A stretch of DNA of 64,000 nt from the human T2T-CHM13v2.0 reference genome, Homo sapiens. The notes below the pieces were generated by a model that was not told the DNA's origin, ran no database searches, and worked only from the letters and a program-made list of their open reading frames with translations. Shown here one piece after another: positions 47,640 to 62,400 of the stretch. Position numbers and translations under genes: made by a program. The stretch lies in the NCBI RefSeq assembly GCF_009914755.1, contig NC_060935.1; one strand, 5' to 3'. Numbering within the stretch: the first letter of the stretch is position 1; each line of letters starts with the position of its first letter.

Positions 47640-48780
47640 AGCCCCTGAGAACTCTGCTTCCCCCTCCAGCCTTGTTTTTTGCCATTCCCTCATGCGCCTT
47701 CTGTGCCCTTCTCTCTCCCTTGTGTGCCTTCACACGTGCTTTCTCCTCTGCCTGGAGTTCTCTCCCTGCCCTCAATCACCTGGTGAGCTCCAGCTCACCC
47801 TTCAAGATCCAGCTCAGACGGTCTTCCCTGACCTTCTGAGGTAGCTAAGCCCTCCCTCTCCCTCCTTTTGAATCTTACATGTTCTTCTCTCATAGCTTAC
47901 ATTTTGTTTTGTCCGTGTTTGTTTACTTTTATCACTCACTCAACAGCGAGCTCTCCATAAGGGCTGGAATTTTATTTTCTTATTCATCTTTGTATCGCAA
48001 GCATCTAAGTGTTCATCCACCTTTGAAGGACTAGTAAATGTTCTCTAGGCTGTAAGTACTAGAAGAGTTCAAAGAAGAGAAAGGTCACCATGGGTGAGTT
48101 AGGGTTATCAAAAACCCATGAAGATAAATAGAAGATTCTATTAAAGGAGAAAATGGAATTTGGGTTAGGCAAAGAAGAATGCAGGGCTCTCTAGGAAGAA
48201 GAAGGGAGGTAAGCAAAGTTAGAAAGGCAGGACTGCATTTGGTGGGTTTAGAGTAGTGTCAGGTGAGATGGCATTGAAATCCATGTGAGGTAATAGTGAA
48301 AGAGAAAATTGGGAAGGTGGATAGGGCACAGGTTTTAGAGGGCTTTCAGTGCCAAACCTTGAGGACTTTGAAAACTTGAGGGAGTGAATAGAAGCAGAAT
48401 TTCAGGAAACATAATGTGATAAGCTCTCTATATGAGACAGATTGAGCATGAACTGGAGATGCTCAAAGACGAGAGTTTACTAATGAGAGTATTGCTAGAG
48501 TAGAGATGTCTGGTAATAAAGCCCACATTCGGTGGGAAAAGAAAGGAAAGGAAAGAAGAATGAGTACACTTGGTGGAATATGGAGAGGGGAGAGTCAAAG
48601 ATGACCCTAAAGATTCAGGCCTGGGTGACTAAAACAAAAGATAATGCATGGAGAACAAAGGAGATAAGTAAGGAGTATGGGGGTTCCACAGAAGACATTG
48701 ATGTGGAGTGATGTAAGAAATCCATGTGGAAATGCCTAGCAGACAGGAAAAGATCACAGAATCTTGGGTTAGAGCTGGAA
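47640..48780. mobile_element. L2 fragments (+ at about 47640-48030, - at about 48050-48780)
   Basis: ttctcctctgcctgga...ccttcaagatccagctca; purine-rich antisense tract gagtcaaagatgaccctaaag. Confidence 0.55.
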
Positions 48781-49233
48781 GGAACTGTAAGGATTTTCTA
48801 GTTCTGCCTCTTAACTTTAAGGAACAGAGAGGTTATGATCTTCCCACAGTCCTGCTTAAATCATTATTACTAGTGCTGTTTTGATTAGGGGTACGGGGAA
48901 CATAAAAATACCAAACATTCAGGTGTGAGACCCAGACTTCCATCAAGGGATGTGAATGCGTTGGGGATTCAGAGTTCATTTCAGAAGGTCTGACTTTCCT
49001 TAGTGCTTCTGTGTCCTCCAACAGAAAGAAGCCCTGCTGGGGAGTGTACCTTTTCGGCTCCTTTCACATGTAATGAACTGACTTAAACTCTAAGAAAAAT
49101 AACAAAACACTGCTCTAGGAGGGCAAGTGTTCACACTGTAGGGATTCTAAGCAGTGCTTGTGCACATCATTGGTATTAAGAAGGGTTTACGTGCATATTT
49201 TCTGGCTTACGGGTTTTCTTTATTTCCTTTCAG

Positions 49234-49308
49234 ATGCCTGGAAGTCATTGACAGATAAAGTCCAGGAAGCTCGATCAAATGCCCGCCTAAAGCAGCTCTC
49301 ATTTGCAG
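49234..49308 (+). CDS. KMT2A: Exon 31 (75 nt), FYRC
   Basis: tttcag|ATGCCT...TTGCAG|gtaatg. Confidence 0.96.
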
Positions 49309-49404
49309 GTAATGGCTGGAGGTGTTATTCCACTCCTGTCTCAGAATATTATGGTAAATTGTTCGCCTAAGGCAGAGTTGATTCTGTGAAAAAAAAATCA
49401 GTTA

Positions 49405-50130
49405 AAAATTTTTTTCACAGCTTTATTGAGATTTAATTCATATACCATACAGTTCACCCATCTAAAGCATACAATTCAGTGGTTTTTAATATATTCAGAG
49501 TTGTATAACCACCACTACTCTATAATTCTAGAACATTCTCATCATCCCTAAAAGAAACCCCCTATTCATTAGCAGTCATTCCTCAGCCCCTGGCCACCAC
49601 AAATCTACTTTCTGTCTCTATGTATTTGATTATTCTGGACATTTCATATAAATGAAATCAGACAATATGTAGCCTTTTGTGACCGTCTTCTTTCACTCAA
49701 CAGAATACTTTCCAGGTTCTTCCCTTCTGTTACATCTTCCCTTCCACATCAGTACTTCATTCCTTTTTATTGCCAAATATTCCATTGTGTAGATATACCA
49801 TATGTTGCTTATCCATTCATTAGTCAGTGGACATTTGGGTTTTTTCTATTTTCTGCTACGAATAATGTTGCCACAAATATTCATGTTCAAGTTATTGTGT
49901 AGACATGTTTTTATTTTTTTTCAGTATATACCTCAGAGTGGAATGGCTGGGTCATATGGTAACTCTTTAACTTTTTGAAGTACTGCCAGGTTTTTTTTCC
50001 AAAGTGGCTATACCATTTTACATTTCCACCTGCAATGCACGAGTGTTCCCATTTCTCCACCTTTGCCAACACTTACCTGTTTTTTGTTTTTTTTTTTTTA
50101 TTTTAGACATTGTAGTGTGAAATGTTATCT
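49405..50130 (-). mobile_element. L1MB-type 3' end fragment
   Basis: cagctttattgagatttaattcatataccatacagttcacccat...ggctgggtcatatggtaactct. Confidence 0.78.
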
Positions 50131-50242
50131 TTTCTTAAAGTTGAAATCATTTACCATTGGTATTAGACTTCATATTAAATTTAGGCAGCATACAAACTTA
50201 TTAATACACTTGTTTTGAGCAAACACTAAAGATTTTAATCAG

Positions 50243-52349
<2,107 letters not shown>

Positions 52350-52649
52350 CATCCATGTGTCTTAAAGTGTAGCCTATAGGTGTGAATCAGAATCCCTGGG
52401 CTTGGAGCTGAGAAAGCTGAATTTTTAACATGTGCCCCCAAGCAATTCTTATTACTTACCCTAAATGTGCTTTCATATCAGCATAACATGGTTGATGCAG
52501 TTCCCTCCACCAGGACCTATTTCCTCCATCTACTCTCTTCCCTCCAAATTCCCTGGTTTACACAACAAACTCCTGTTAATCCTTTAAGACTTTGCTCAAG
52601 GTCACCTCTTTTCTTTAACCTTTTTTGATCATTCTTCCTGTGCCTACGG

Positions 52650-53340
<691 letters not shown>

Positions 53341-53479
53341 AGGTTTAGCCTGGAGGTTAACCACAATGACCCTTGTGTTCCCCAGTCCAAAACCTGTCCA
53401 TTATACTCCATTTCCAGTGCTGCCACCTTGTCCTTACCCTCATGCCCTTATATTCTAGTGGTGTATATGTATATGTAAG

Positions 53480-54010
53480 TACCATGAAGAAGATAACATG
53501 GGGAAATGAAATAGAGAGTGACACAGAGGTGGGTAGTTGGTGACAGGAAATCTGGAATCTCTTGATGAGGCAACATTTGAGCTTAGACCTGAGTGATGAT
53601 GAGAAGAAGCCAATCATGCATATACATAAAGCGAAAGTCCTCGAGGCAAGCTAGAAGGCTGAGGAAGGAGAGTTTGAGCTTATAGTGTGCCAAGATCATA
53701 CCTGTGAATAGCCACGGCACCAGCTGAGCAACACAGTGAAACTCTCTTAAAAAAAATTAAATTAAATTAACTATGTTTTCTAAAGTCCTGACACAGAGGA
53801 AACAGCAGATGAAAAAGTCCTGAAGTGGGAATATCTTTGATGTGTTTATTGTCTGTCTCTTCCATGAAGTAAAAGCTCTATGAATACAGGTACCTTGCCT
53901 GTCTTGCTCACCTGTAAGTTCCTAAGGTCCTGTCTGGCACAGTGGAAAGATGGAAAGAGTGCCTGGGATATTTTAGGTGTGCTGTAAATATTTATTGAAT
54001 GAATAAATGA
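53480..54010. mobile_element. L2 fragments with an inserted FAM monomer (+, about 53650-53757)
   Basis: L2 tail ttattgaatgaataaatga; FAM/7SL-type cctgtgaatagccac. Confidence 0.6.
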
Positions 54011-54462
54011 GTCTCCCACAAGCAGAACAGATTGTTCCTTCTTAAGAGTTCCCATAGTACTTTATATTATACCTTAATTTGGACACCTGCACATTGCATG
54101 GTTTGTATACGTCTCTGCCTTCCTCTGCTGTGAGCTCCTTAAGAACAGACGGGGGCCCACACATAATGCATCTTTGTTTTCCCATTATCAACACAATATT
54201 AATCTCATTGTAATCTCTCTGGTGAGTGAGAGTTGAACATTCAGTGTACATATTAAAAGGAACTTTCTGTGAAAATATACTTGAGTATGTAGTATGTTTT
54301 TCAATGTCTTTTTTTTTTAACCTAAGAATTCACAGCAATCTAGAACTTCCAGGAAAAAATTATTAAGGAAAATTAGTGGTCTGTAGAAAAGAGTTTGCCA
54401 GCTGGGCGCGGTGGCTCACGCCTGTAATCCCAGCACTTTGGGAGGCTGAGGTGGGCAGATCA

Positions 54463-54732
<270 letters not shown>

Positions 54733-56146
54733 TTATATGGCTTAAGTTCTTATCTTATACAGTTGTGTTACATAGTGTTACATACCTAAGCCAAATTCTT
54801 AAGGGACCAACAGTTGTGATCATAAGAATGTCACTTATCAGGGGCCAGTGCAGTGGCTCACACCTGTAATCCTACCTAGCAAGTTGGGAGGCCAAGGAAG
54901 GAGGATCACTCGAGGCCAGGAGTTCAAGATCAGCCTGGGCAACACAGTAAGACCCTGTCTCCACAAGAAATTTAAAAATTAGCCAAACACAGTGGCATAT
55001 ATGCCTGTAGTCCCAGCTACCTGGGAGGCTGAGGCGGGAGCAGCTTGAGCCCAGAAATTCAAGGTTACAGTGAGCTATGATCATGCTACTGCACTCCAGC
55101 CTGGGCAACAAAGTGAAACCTGTCTCTTAGAAAAAGAATATTGCTTATCTAGAGACAACATTCTTTTTGTTTGTTTGTTTGTTTGTTTTTGAGATGAGGT
55201 CTCACTCTGTTGCCCAAGCTGGAGTGCAGTGGCATGATCGTCTGCTTTTTCATCTGCTATTTCCTCTGCACCAGGACATTACACCAAGGTTACATCTCTA
55301 AATATGCTTCATAATGCAAACTGTATGTCTGTTGGAATTGCATATGTGCAATTGCAGTCCTAATACAATTACACTTATGAAATGGATACCTGATCCAAAA
55401 TTAACACCATTACTGTTTCTATATCTATTAATAATACCAAACCAGTATTCGTAAATGAAATAATATTGTTTACTTAATAAAAATGTAAAGAACATTAGCT
55501 ATTTGCTAGTGTCAAAAAGAAGTGTGGCAGTTGTAATTGTGCCCTGTCCCTTTAATGGAAAAAGCCAAATAATTTTAAAATGAAAGCCTTTCACCATCAA
55601 TGCCAGCAGACTTATATAAATGTTGTTTTCATAAAATAAAAATAAATAAAAAATGCTCATTAACAGCATGAGACGGTGAGTAGAACAAAGCAGCTACTGA
55701 GTGTATTACTCCACACATTCATCATAACAACACAAGAGTTCTGTGTTAGGGGTGTATTAACATTGCTTTTAAACTTTAGTGAGGCTGGCTGGGTGCTGTG
55801 GCTCACACCTGTAATCCCAGCACTTTGGGAAGCTGAGGCAGGTGGATCACCTGAGGTCAGGAGTTTAAGACCAGCCTGGCCAATATGGTGAAACCTTGTC
55901 TCTACTAAAAATACAAAAAAATTAGCTGGGCATGGTGACGTGCCCCTGTAGTCCCAGCTACTTGGGAGGCTGAGGCAGGAGAATTGCTTGAACCCAGGAG
56001 GTGGAGTTGTAGTGAGCTGAGATCGGACCACTGCACTCCAGCCTGGGTGACGGAGTTAGAGTCTGTCTCAAAAAAAAAAAAAAAGCCGGGCGCGGTGGCT
56101 CACACCTGTAATCCCAGCATTTTGGAAGGCCAAGGCGGGTGGATCA

Positions 56147-56428
<282 letters not shown>

Positions 56429-56479
56429 TTATAGAACCTAGATAATCCATTCCTAGATGGATTATATTTGTAGTTATGC

Positions 56480-56640
56480 AGTCCAGAGTTCATATCTTGT
56501 CAAATCATGTAGCCTTGGGAGTGTTACATCAGTTCTCTAAGCCTGTTTGCTCACCTGAAAATGAAGCTAGTAATTCCTGCCCTGTGTGGTCATTATGAGC
56601 ACGAAATGAAATAACACGTGTATATAGCATTAGCATATAG
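56480..56640 (+). mobile_element. MIR (further weak MIR fragments at about 950-1020, 2790-2920 and 47040-47190)
   Basis: ccttgggagtgttac...tctctaagcctgtttgctcacctgaaaatg core. Confidence 0.55.
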
Positions 56641-56906
56641 CATTTCTGTGTAATACAGCAAAATAGTCCATAGTTTGGTGGCATGCTTTTTTCACTTAGC
56701 CGTCTATCACAAACATTTTCCATATTGATAGATCTGTATCAGCATCATTTTAATGGCTATCTGATGCTAATTTCGAGCTAATATGTACTATAATTCACCC
56801 TGGAGCAGCCTCTGGCAGAGTGACTATAGCATAGGCATTTCTGTAGGACCATGCTGTTTCCTGTTGACTGCGCTCCTCACTTCCCTGGTGCTTCTGATTC
56901 TTCTAG

Positions 56907-57081
56907 GTGTTAACGGTTTGAGGATGCTGGGGATTCTCCATGATGCAGTTGTGTTCCTCATTGAGCAGCTGTCTGGTGCCAAGCACTGTCGAAATTACAA
57001 ATTCCGTTTCCACAAGCCAGAGGAGGCCAATGAACCCCCCTTGAACCCTCACGGCTCAGCCAGGGCTGAAGTCCACCTCAG
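56907..57081 (+). CDS. KMT2A: Exon 32 (175 nt), end of FYRC and WDR5-interacting WIN motif (GSARAE, 57053-57070); GC donor
   Basis: ttctag|GTGTTA...CCTCAG|gcaagt; the frame joins exon 33 at this GC donor. Confidence 0.95.
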
Positions 57082-57245
57082 GCAAGTTCCCTTCTTTTCT
57101 GTCAGCAGTTTTGGGTCTCGATTTTCTTATCTCATGACACTGTCATCTTCCCACATACCCTTTGAGATTTCCAGTTTTAATGCCATCATCCTTTACTGCT
57201 TTATTAAAGCATTTCTCTAAATATGTTTTAATCTTTTGGCCCCAG

Positions 57246-57353
57246 GAAGTCAGCATTTGACATGTTTAACTTCCTGGCTTCTAAACATCGTCAGCCTCCT
57301 GAATACAACCCCAATGATGAAGAAGAGGAGGAGGTACAGCTGAAGTCAGCTCG
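57246..57353 (+). CDS. KMT2A: Exon 33 (108 nt), pre-SET linker (FDMFNFLAS)
   Basis: gcccag|GAAGTC...AGCTCG|gtaagt. Confidence 0.96.
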
Positions 57354-58090
57354 GTAAGTCTTGAGTGGGGAGCAGTCATTAGAAACTGCTTTCCCTCTCC
57401 TCCAGCTGGTCAGGGCACTACGTAGGAATTTGTTTGCATCAGAATTTCCTGGATAAGATTTAAAAGGACTGAAAACCATTTGTGTTGAAGTAGCAGTAGG
57501 TGCCTGGTAAGGAGTGAGGAATATAAGGTACAGAGGAGAAATTCAAAGAACTGTAAGATGCCTGTTTTCTTTAATGATAGTATACTCTGTCAGCTTTGGT
57601 TGTACCACCATAGTTGTCATGGTCAGAAAGTACTATATATACTAAAAATGGGACTCATTGGCCAGGCACAGTGGCTCATGCCTGTAATTCCAGCACTTTG
57701 GAAGTCCGAGGCGGACAGATCATGAGGTCAGGAGTTCGAGACCAGCCTGACCAACATAGTGAAACCCTATCTCTACTAAAAATACAAAAATTAGCCCGGC
57801 GTGGTGGCGCGCGCCTGTAGTCCCACCTACTCAGCAGGCTGAGGCAAGAGAATCGCTTGAACCCAGGAGGCGGAGGTTACAGTGAGCCGAGATCGCACCA
57901 CTGGACTCCAGCCTGGGCGACAGAGCGAAACTCCATCTCAAAAAAAAAAGGGGGGCGCTCATTTTATAAGGCACTCGTTCAGTTTGGCATTAAACAAAGA
58001 GTGTACTAATTGTCTCTAGGAACCTTCGATTCAAGACTCAAAACATTATTTCCTGAAAAAAATTCGTTAATAGTATGTCTTATCTCTTAG

Positions 58091-58174
58091 GAGGGCAACT
58101 AGCATGGATCTGCCAATGCCCATGCGCTTCCGGCACTTAAAAAAGACTTCTAAGGAGGCAGTTGGTGTCTACAG
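58091..58174 (+). CDS. KMT2A: Exon 34 (84 nt), start of SET
   Basis: tcttag|GAGGGC...CTACAG|gtatga. Confidence 0.96.
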
Positions 58175-58576
58175 GTATGACTAAAATTCTAGAAAGAATT
58201 ACAGAAAACGAATGCAGTTTTTCAAAATCAAAGCAGACCAAATGCTGGAGTGACCTTCCTCACTCAGTAAGTGAGGATTTTACGGACACTATTTATTGAC
58301 CCTCATATCCTGGGATCCTGCACCTCCTTGTGTTGAACAAGGACTTTAACATAATAAGCATTAAAATATTACTGCTTCCAGCGGGTCACAGAATGGAAAT
58401 AACTTTCATCTTTGGCCATGTGTTAGATGGCCAAATCAAGTGGGTCCAAATTTTTATTTTCTCAAGTATATGTCCCTCCTGGGGAACTAACAGACCAGGA
58501 GAACTTATTCATGTATTCACGCACTTAACCTTACTTGCAAAATTTGTGTCTGACCTCTTTTCCATCTTTGTCCTAG

Positions 58577-58706
58577 GTCTCCCATCCATGGCCGGGGTCT
58601 TTTCTGTAAGAGAAACATTGATGCAGGTGAGATGGTGATTGAGTATGCCGGCAACGTCATCCGCTCCATCCAGACTGACAAGCGGGAAAAGTATTACGAC
58701 AGCAAG
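58577..58706 (+). CDS. KMT2A: Exon 35 (130 nt), SET (HGRGLF...IEYAG)
   Basis: tcctag|GTCTCC...AGCAAG|gtaagt. Confidence 0.97.
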
Positions 58707-59185
58707 GTAAGTCTCCCACTTGCACTCACACAGTTCTTTTGTTTTGCTGTAGAAAGGGACCAGTATGACCCCTGGATCACAAAAGAAATAGTGTATGTTA
58801 TCAATTCAGAGACCTTTCTTAAAAAAATAAACTCTGAAATTTGTGAGGGGCCCAGTAAAAATACAGAATCCACTCTGAGGATTAGTACAGAAAGTTGCTC
58901 TTAGAAGGTTTGTCTGAGTGGCTCCTAGTATCAGAAGCAAATAGCTATACAAGTTTTAGGTTTCTCTCTCCTGCAGAGACATTAGAAACCTCTAGACTAG
59001 TGGCCTGTAATCTAGGAAATCCTCGTGGAAGCATCTTGAAAGATAGTACTGGGAGAAATCTGGAAATTTTACTAGAAGAAACTTTCTCAGCCGCTATAGG
59101 TAACATCAAGAGAAGATTGGGACATGTTCTTAAAGCTGAGTTTATAAGAAATGACAAGTTCTTCTCCCTTCTTCTGCATGTGCAG

Positions 59186-59461
59186 GGCATTGGTTGCTAT
59201 ATGTTCCGAATTGATGACTCAGAGGTAGTGGATGCCACCATGCATGGAAATGCTGCACGCTTCATCAATCACTCGTGTGAGCCTAACTGCTATTCTCGGG
59301 TCATCAATATTGATGGGCAGAAGCACATTGTCATCTTTGCCATGCGTAAGATCTACCGAGGAGAGGAACTCACTTACGACTATAAGTTCCCCATTGAGGA
59401 TGCCAGCAACAAGCTGCCCTGCAACTGTGGCGCCAAGAAATGCCGGAAGTTCCTAAACTAA
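59186..59461 (+). CDS. KMT2A: Exon 36 coding part (276 nt), SET and post-SET of the H3K4 methyltransferase, stop TAA
   Basis: gtgcag|GGCATT; [29 protein letters not shown]. Confidence 0.99.
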   Translation, partial: GIGCYMFRIDDSEVVDATMHGNAARFINHSCEPNCYSRVINIDGQKHIVIFAMRKIYRGEELTYDYKFPIEDASNKLPCNCGAKKCRKFLN

Positions 59462-62400
59462 AGCTGCTCTTCTCCCCCAGTGTTGGAGTGCAAGGAGGCG
59501 GGGCCATCCAAAGCAACGCTGAAGGCCTTTTCCAGCAGCTGGGAGCTCCCGGATTGCGTGGCACAGCTGAGGGGCCTCTGTGATGGCTGAGCTCTCTTAT
59601 GTCCTATACTCACATCAGACATGTGATCATAGTCCCAGAGACAGAGTTGAGGTCTCGAAGAAAAGATCCATGATCGGCTTTCTCCTGGGGCCCCTCCAAT
59701 TGTTTACTGTTAGAAAGTGGGAATGGGGTCCCTAGCAGACTTGCCTGGAAGGAGCCTATTATAGAGGGTTGGTTATGTTGGGAGATTGGGCCTGAATTTC
59801 TCCACAGAAATAAGTTGCCATCCTCAGGTTGGCCCTTTCCCAAGCACTGTAAGTGAGTGGGTCAGGCAAAGCCCCAAATGGAGGGTTGGTTAGATTCCTG
59901 ACAGTTTGCCAGCCAGGCCCCACCTACAGCGTCTGTCGAACAAACAGAGGTCTGGTGGTTTTCCCTACTATCCTCCCACTCGAGAGTTCACTTCTGGTTG
60001 GGAGACAGGATTCCTAGCACCTCCGGTGTCAAAAGGCTGTCATGGGGTTGTGCCAATTAATTACCAAACATTGAGCCTGCAGGCTTTGAGTGGGAGTGTT
60101 GCCCCCAGGAGCCTTATCTCAGCCAATTACCTTTCTTGACAGTAGGAGCGGCTTCCCTCTCCCATTCCCTCTTCACTCCCTTTTCTTCCTTTCCCCTGTC
60201 TTCATGCCACTGCTTTCCCATGCTTCTTTCGGGTTGTAGGGGAGACTGACTGCCTGCTCAAGGACACTCCCTGCTGGGCATAGGATGTGCCTGCAAAAAG
60301 TTCCCTGAGCCTGTAAGCACTCCAGGTGGGGAAGTGGACAGGAGCCATTGGTCATAACCAGACAGAATTTGGAAACATTTTCATAAAGCTCCATGGAGAG
60401 TTTTAAAGAAACATATGTAGCATGATTTTTTAGGAGAGGAAAAAGATTATTTAAATAGGATTTAAATCATGCAACAACGAGAGTATCACAGCCAGGATGA
60501 CCCTTGGGTCCCATTCCTAAGACATGGTTACTTTATTTTCCCCTTGTTAAGACATAGGAAGACTTAATTTTTAAACGGTCAGTGTCCAGTTGAAGGCAGA
60601 ACACTAATCAGATTTCAAGGCCCACAACTTGGGGACTAGACCACCTTATGTTGAGGGAACTCTGCCACCTGCGTGCAACCCACAGCTAAAGTAAATTCAA
60701 TGACACTACTGCCCTGATTACTCCTTAGGATGTGGTCAAAACAGCATCAAATGTTTCTTCTCTTCCTTTCCCCAAGACAGAGTCCTGAACCTGTTAAATT
60801 AAGTCATTGGATTTTACTCTGTTCTGTTTACAGTTTACTATTTAAGGTTTTATAAATGTAAATATATTTTGTATATTTTTCTATGAGAAGCACTTCATAG
60901 GGAGAAGCACTTATGACAAGGCTATTTTTTAAACCGCGGTATTATCCTAATTTAAAAGAAGATCGGTTTTTAATAATTTTTTATTTTCATAGGATGAAGT
61001 TAGAGAAAATATTCAGCTGTACACACAAAGTCTGGTTTTTCCTGCCCAACTTCCCCCTGGAAGGTGTACTTTTTGTTGTTTAATGTGTAGCTTGTTTGTG
61101 CCCTGTTGACATAAATGTTTCCTGGGTTTGCTCTTTGACAATAAATGGAGAAGGAAGGTCACCCAACTCCATTGGGCCACTCCCCTCCTTCCCCTATTGA
61201 AGCTCCTCAAAAGGCTACAGTAATATCTTGATACAACAGATTCTCTTCTTTCCCGCCTCTCTCCTTTCCGGCGCAACTTCCAGAGTGGTGGGAGACGGCA
61301 ATCTTTACATTTCCCTCATCTTTCTTACTTCAGAGTTAGCAAACAACAAGTTGAATGGCAACTTGACATTTTTGCATCACCATCTGCCTCATAGGCCACT
61401 CTTTCCTTTCCCTCTGCCCACCAAGTCCTCATATCTGCAGAGAACCCATTGATCACCTTGTGCCCTCTTTTGGGGCAGCCTGTTGAAACTGAAGCACAGT
61501 CTGACCACTCACGATAAAGCAGATTTTTCTCTGCCTCTGCCACAAGGTTTCAGAGTAGTGTAGTCCAAGTAGAGGGTGGGGCACCCTTTTCTCGCCGCAA
61601 GAAGCCCATTCCTATGGAAGTCTAGCAAAGCAATACGACTCAGCCCAGCACTCTCTGCCCCAGGACTCATGGCTCTGCTGTGCCTTCCATCCTGGGCTCC
61701 CTTCTCTCCTGTGACCTTAAGAACTTTGTCTGGTGGCTTTGCTGGAACATTGTCACTGTTTTCACTGTCATGCAGGGAGCCCAGCACTGTGGCCAGGATG
61801 GCAGAGACTTCCTTGTCATCATGGAGAAGTGCCAGCAGGGGACTGGGAAAAGCACTCTACCCAGACCTCACCTCCCTTCCTCCTTTTGCCCATGAACAAG
61901 ATGCAGTGGCCCTAGGGGTTCCACTAGTGTCTGCTTTCCTTTATTATTGCACTGTGTGAGGTTTTTTTGTAAATCCTTGTATTCCTATTTTTTTTAAAGA
62001 AAAAAAAAAAACCTTAAGCTGCATTTGTTACTGAAATGATTAATGCACTGATGGGTCCTGAATTCACCTTGAGAAAGACCCAAAGGCCAGTCAGGGGGTG
62101 GGGGGAACTCAGCTAAATAGACCTAGTTACTGCCCTGCTAGGCCATGCTGTACTGTGAGCCCCTCCTCACTCTCTACCAACCCTAAACCCTGAGGACAGG
62201 GGAGGAACCCACAGCTTCCTTCTCCTGCCAGCTGCAGATGGTTTGCCTTGCCTTTCCACCCCCTAATTGTCAACCACAAAAATGAGAAATTCCTCTTCTA
62301 GCTCAGCCTTGAGTCCATTGCCAAATTTTCAGCACACCTGCCAGCAACTTGGGGGAATAAGCGAAGGTTTCCCTACAAGAGGGAAAGAAGGCAAAAACGG

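Noticed and set aside
53650-53757. 7SL RNA gene
   Set aside because: Short, decayed and lacking the S domain; fits a FAM fossil monomer.
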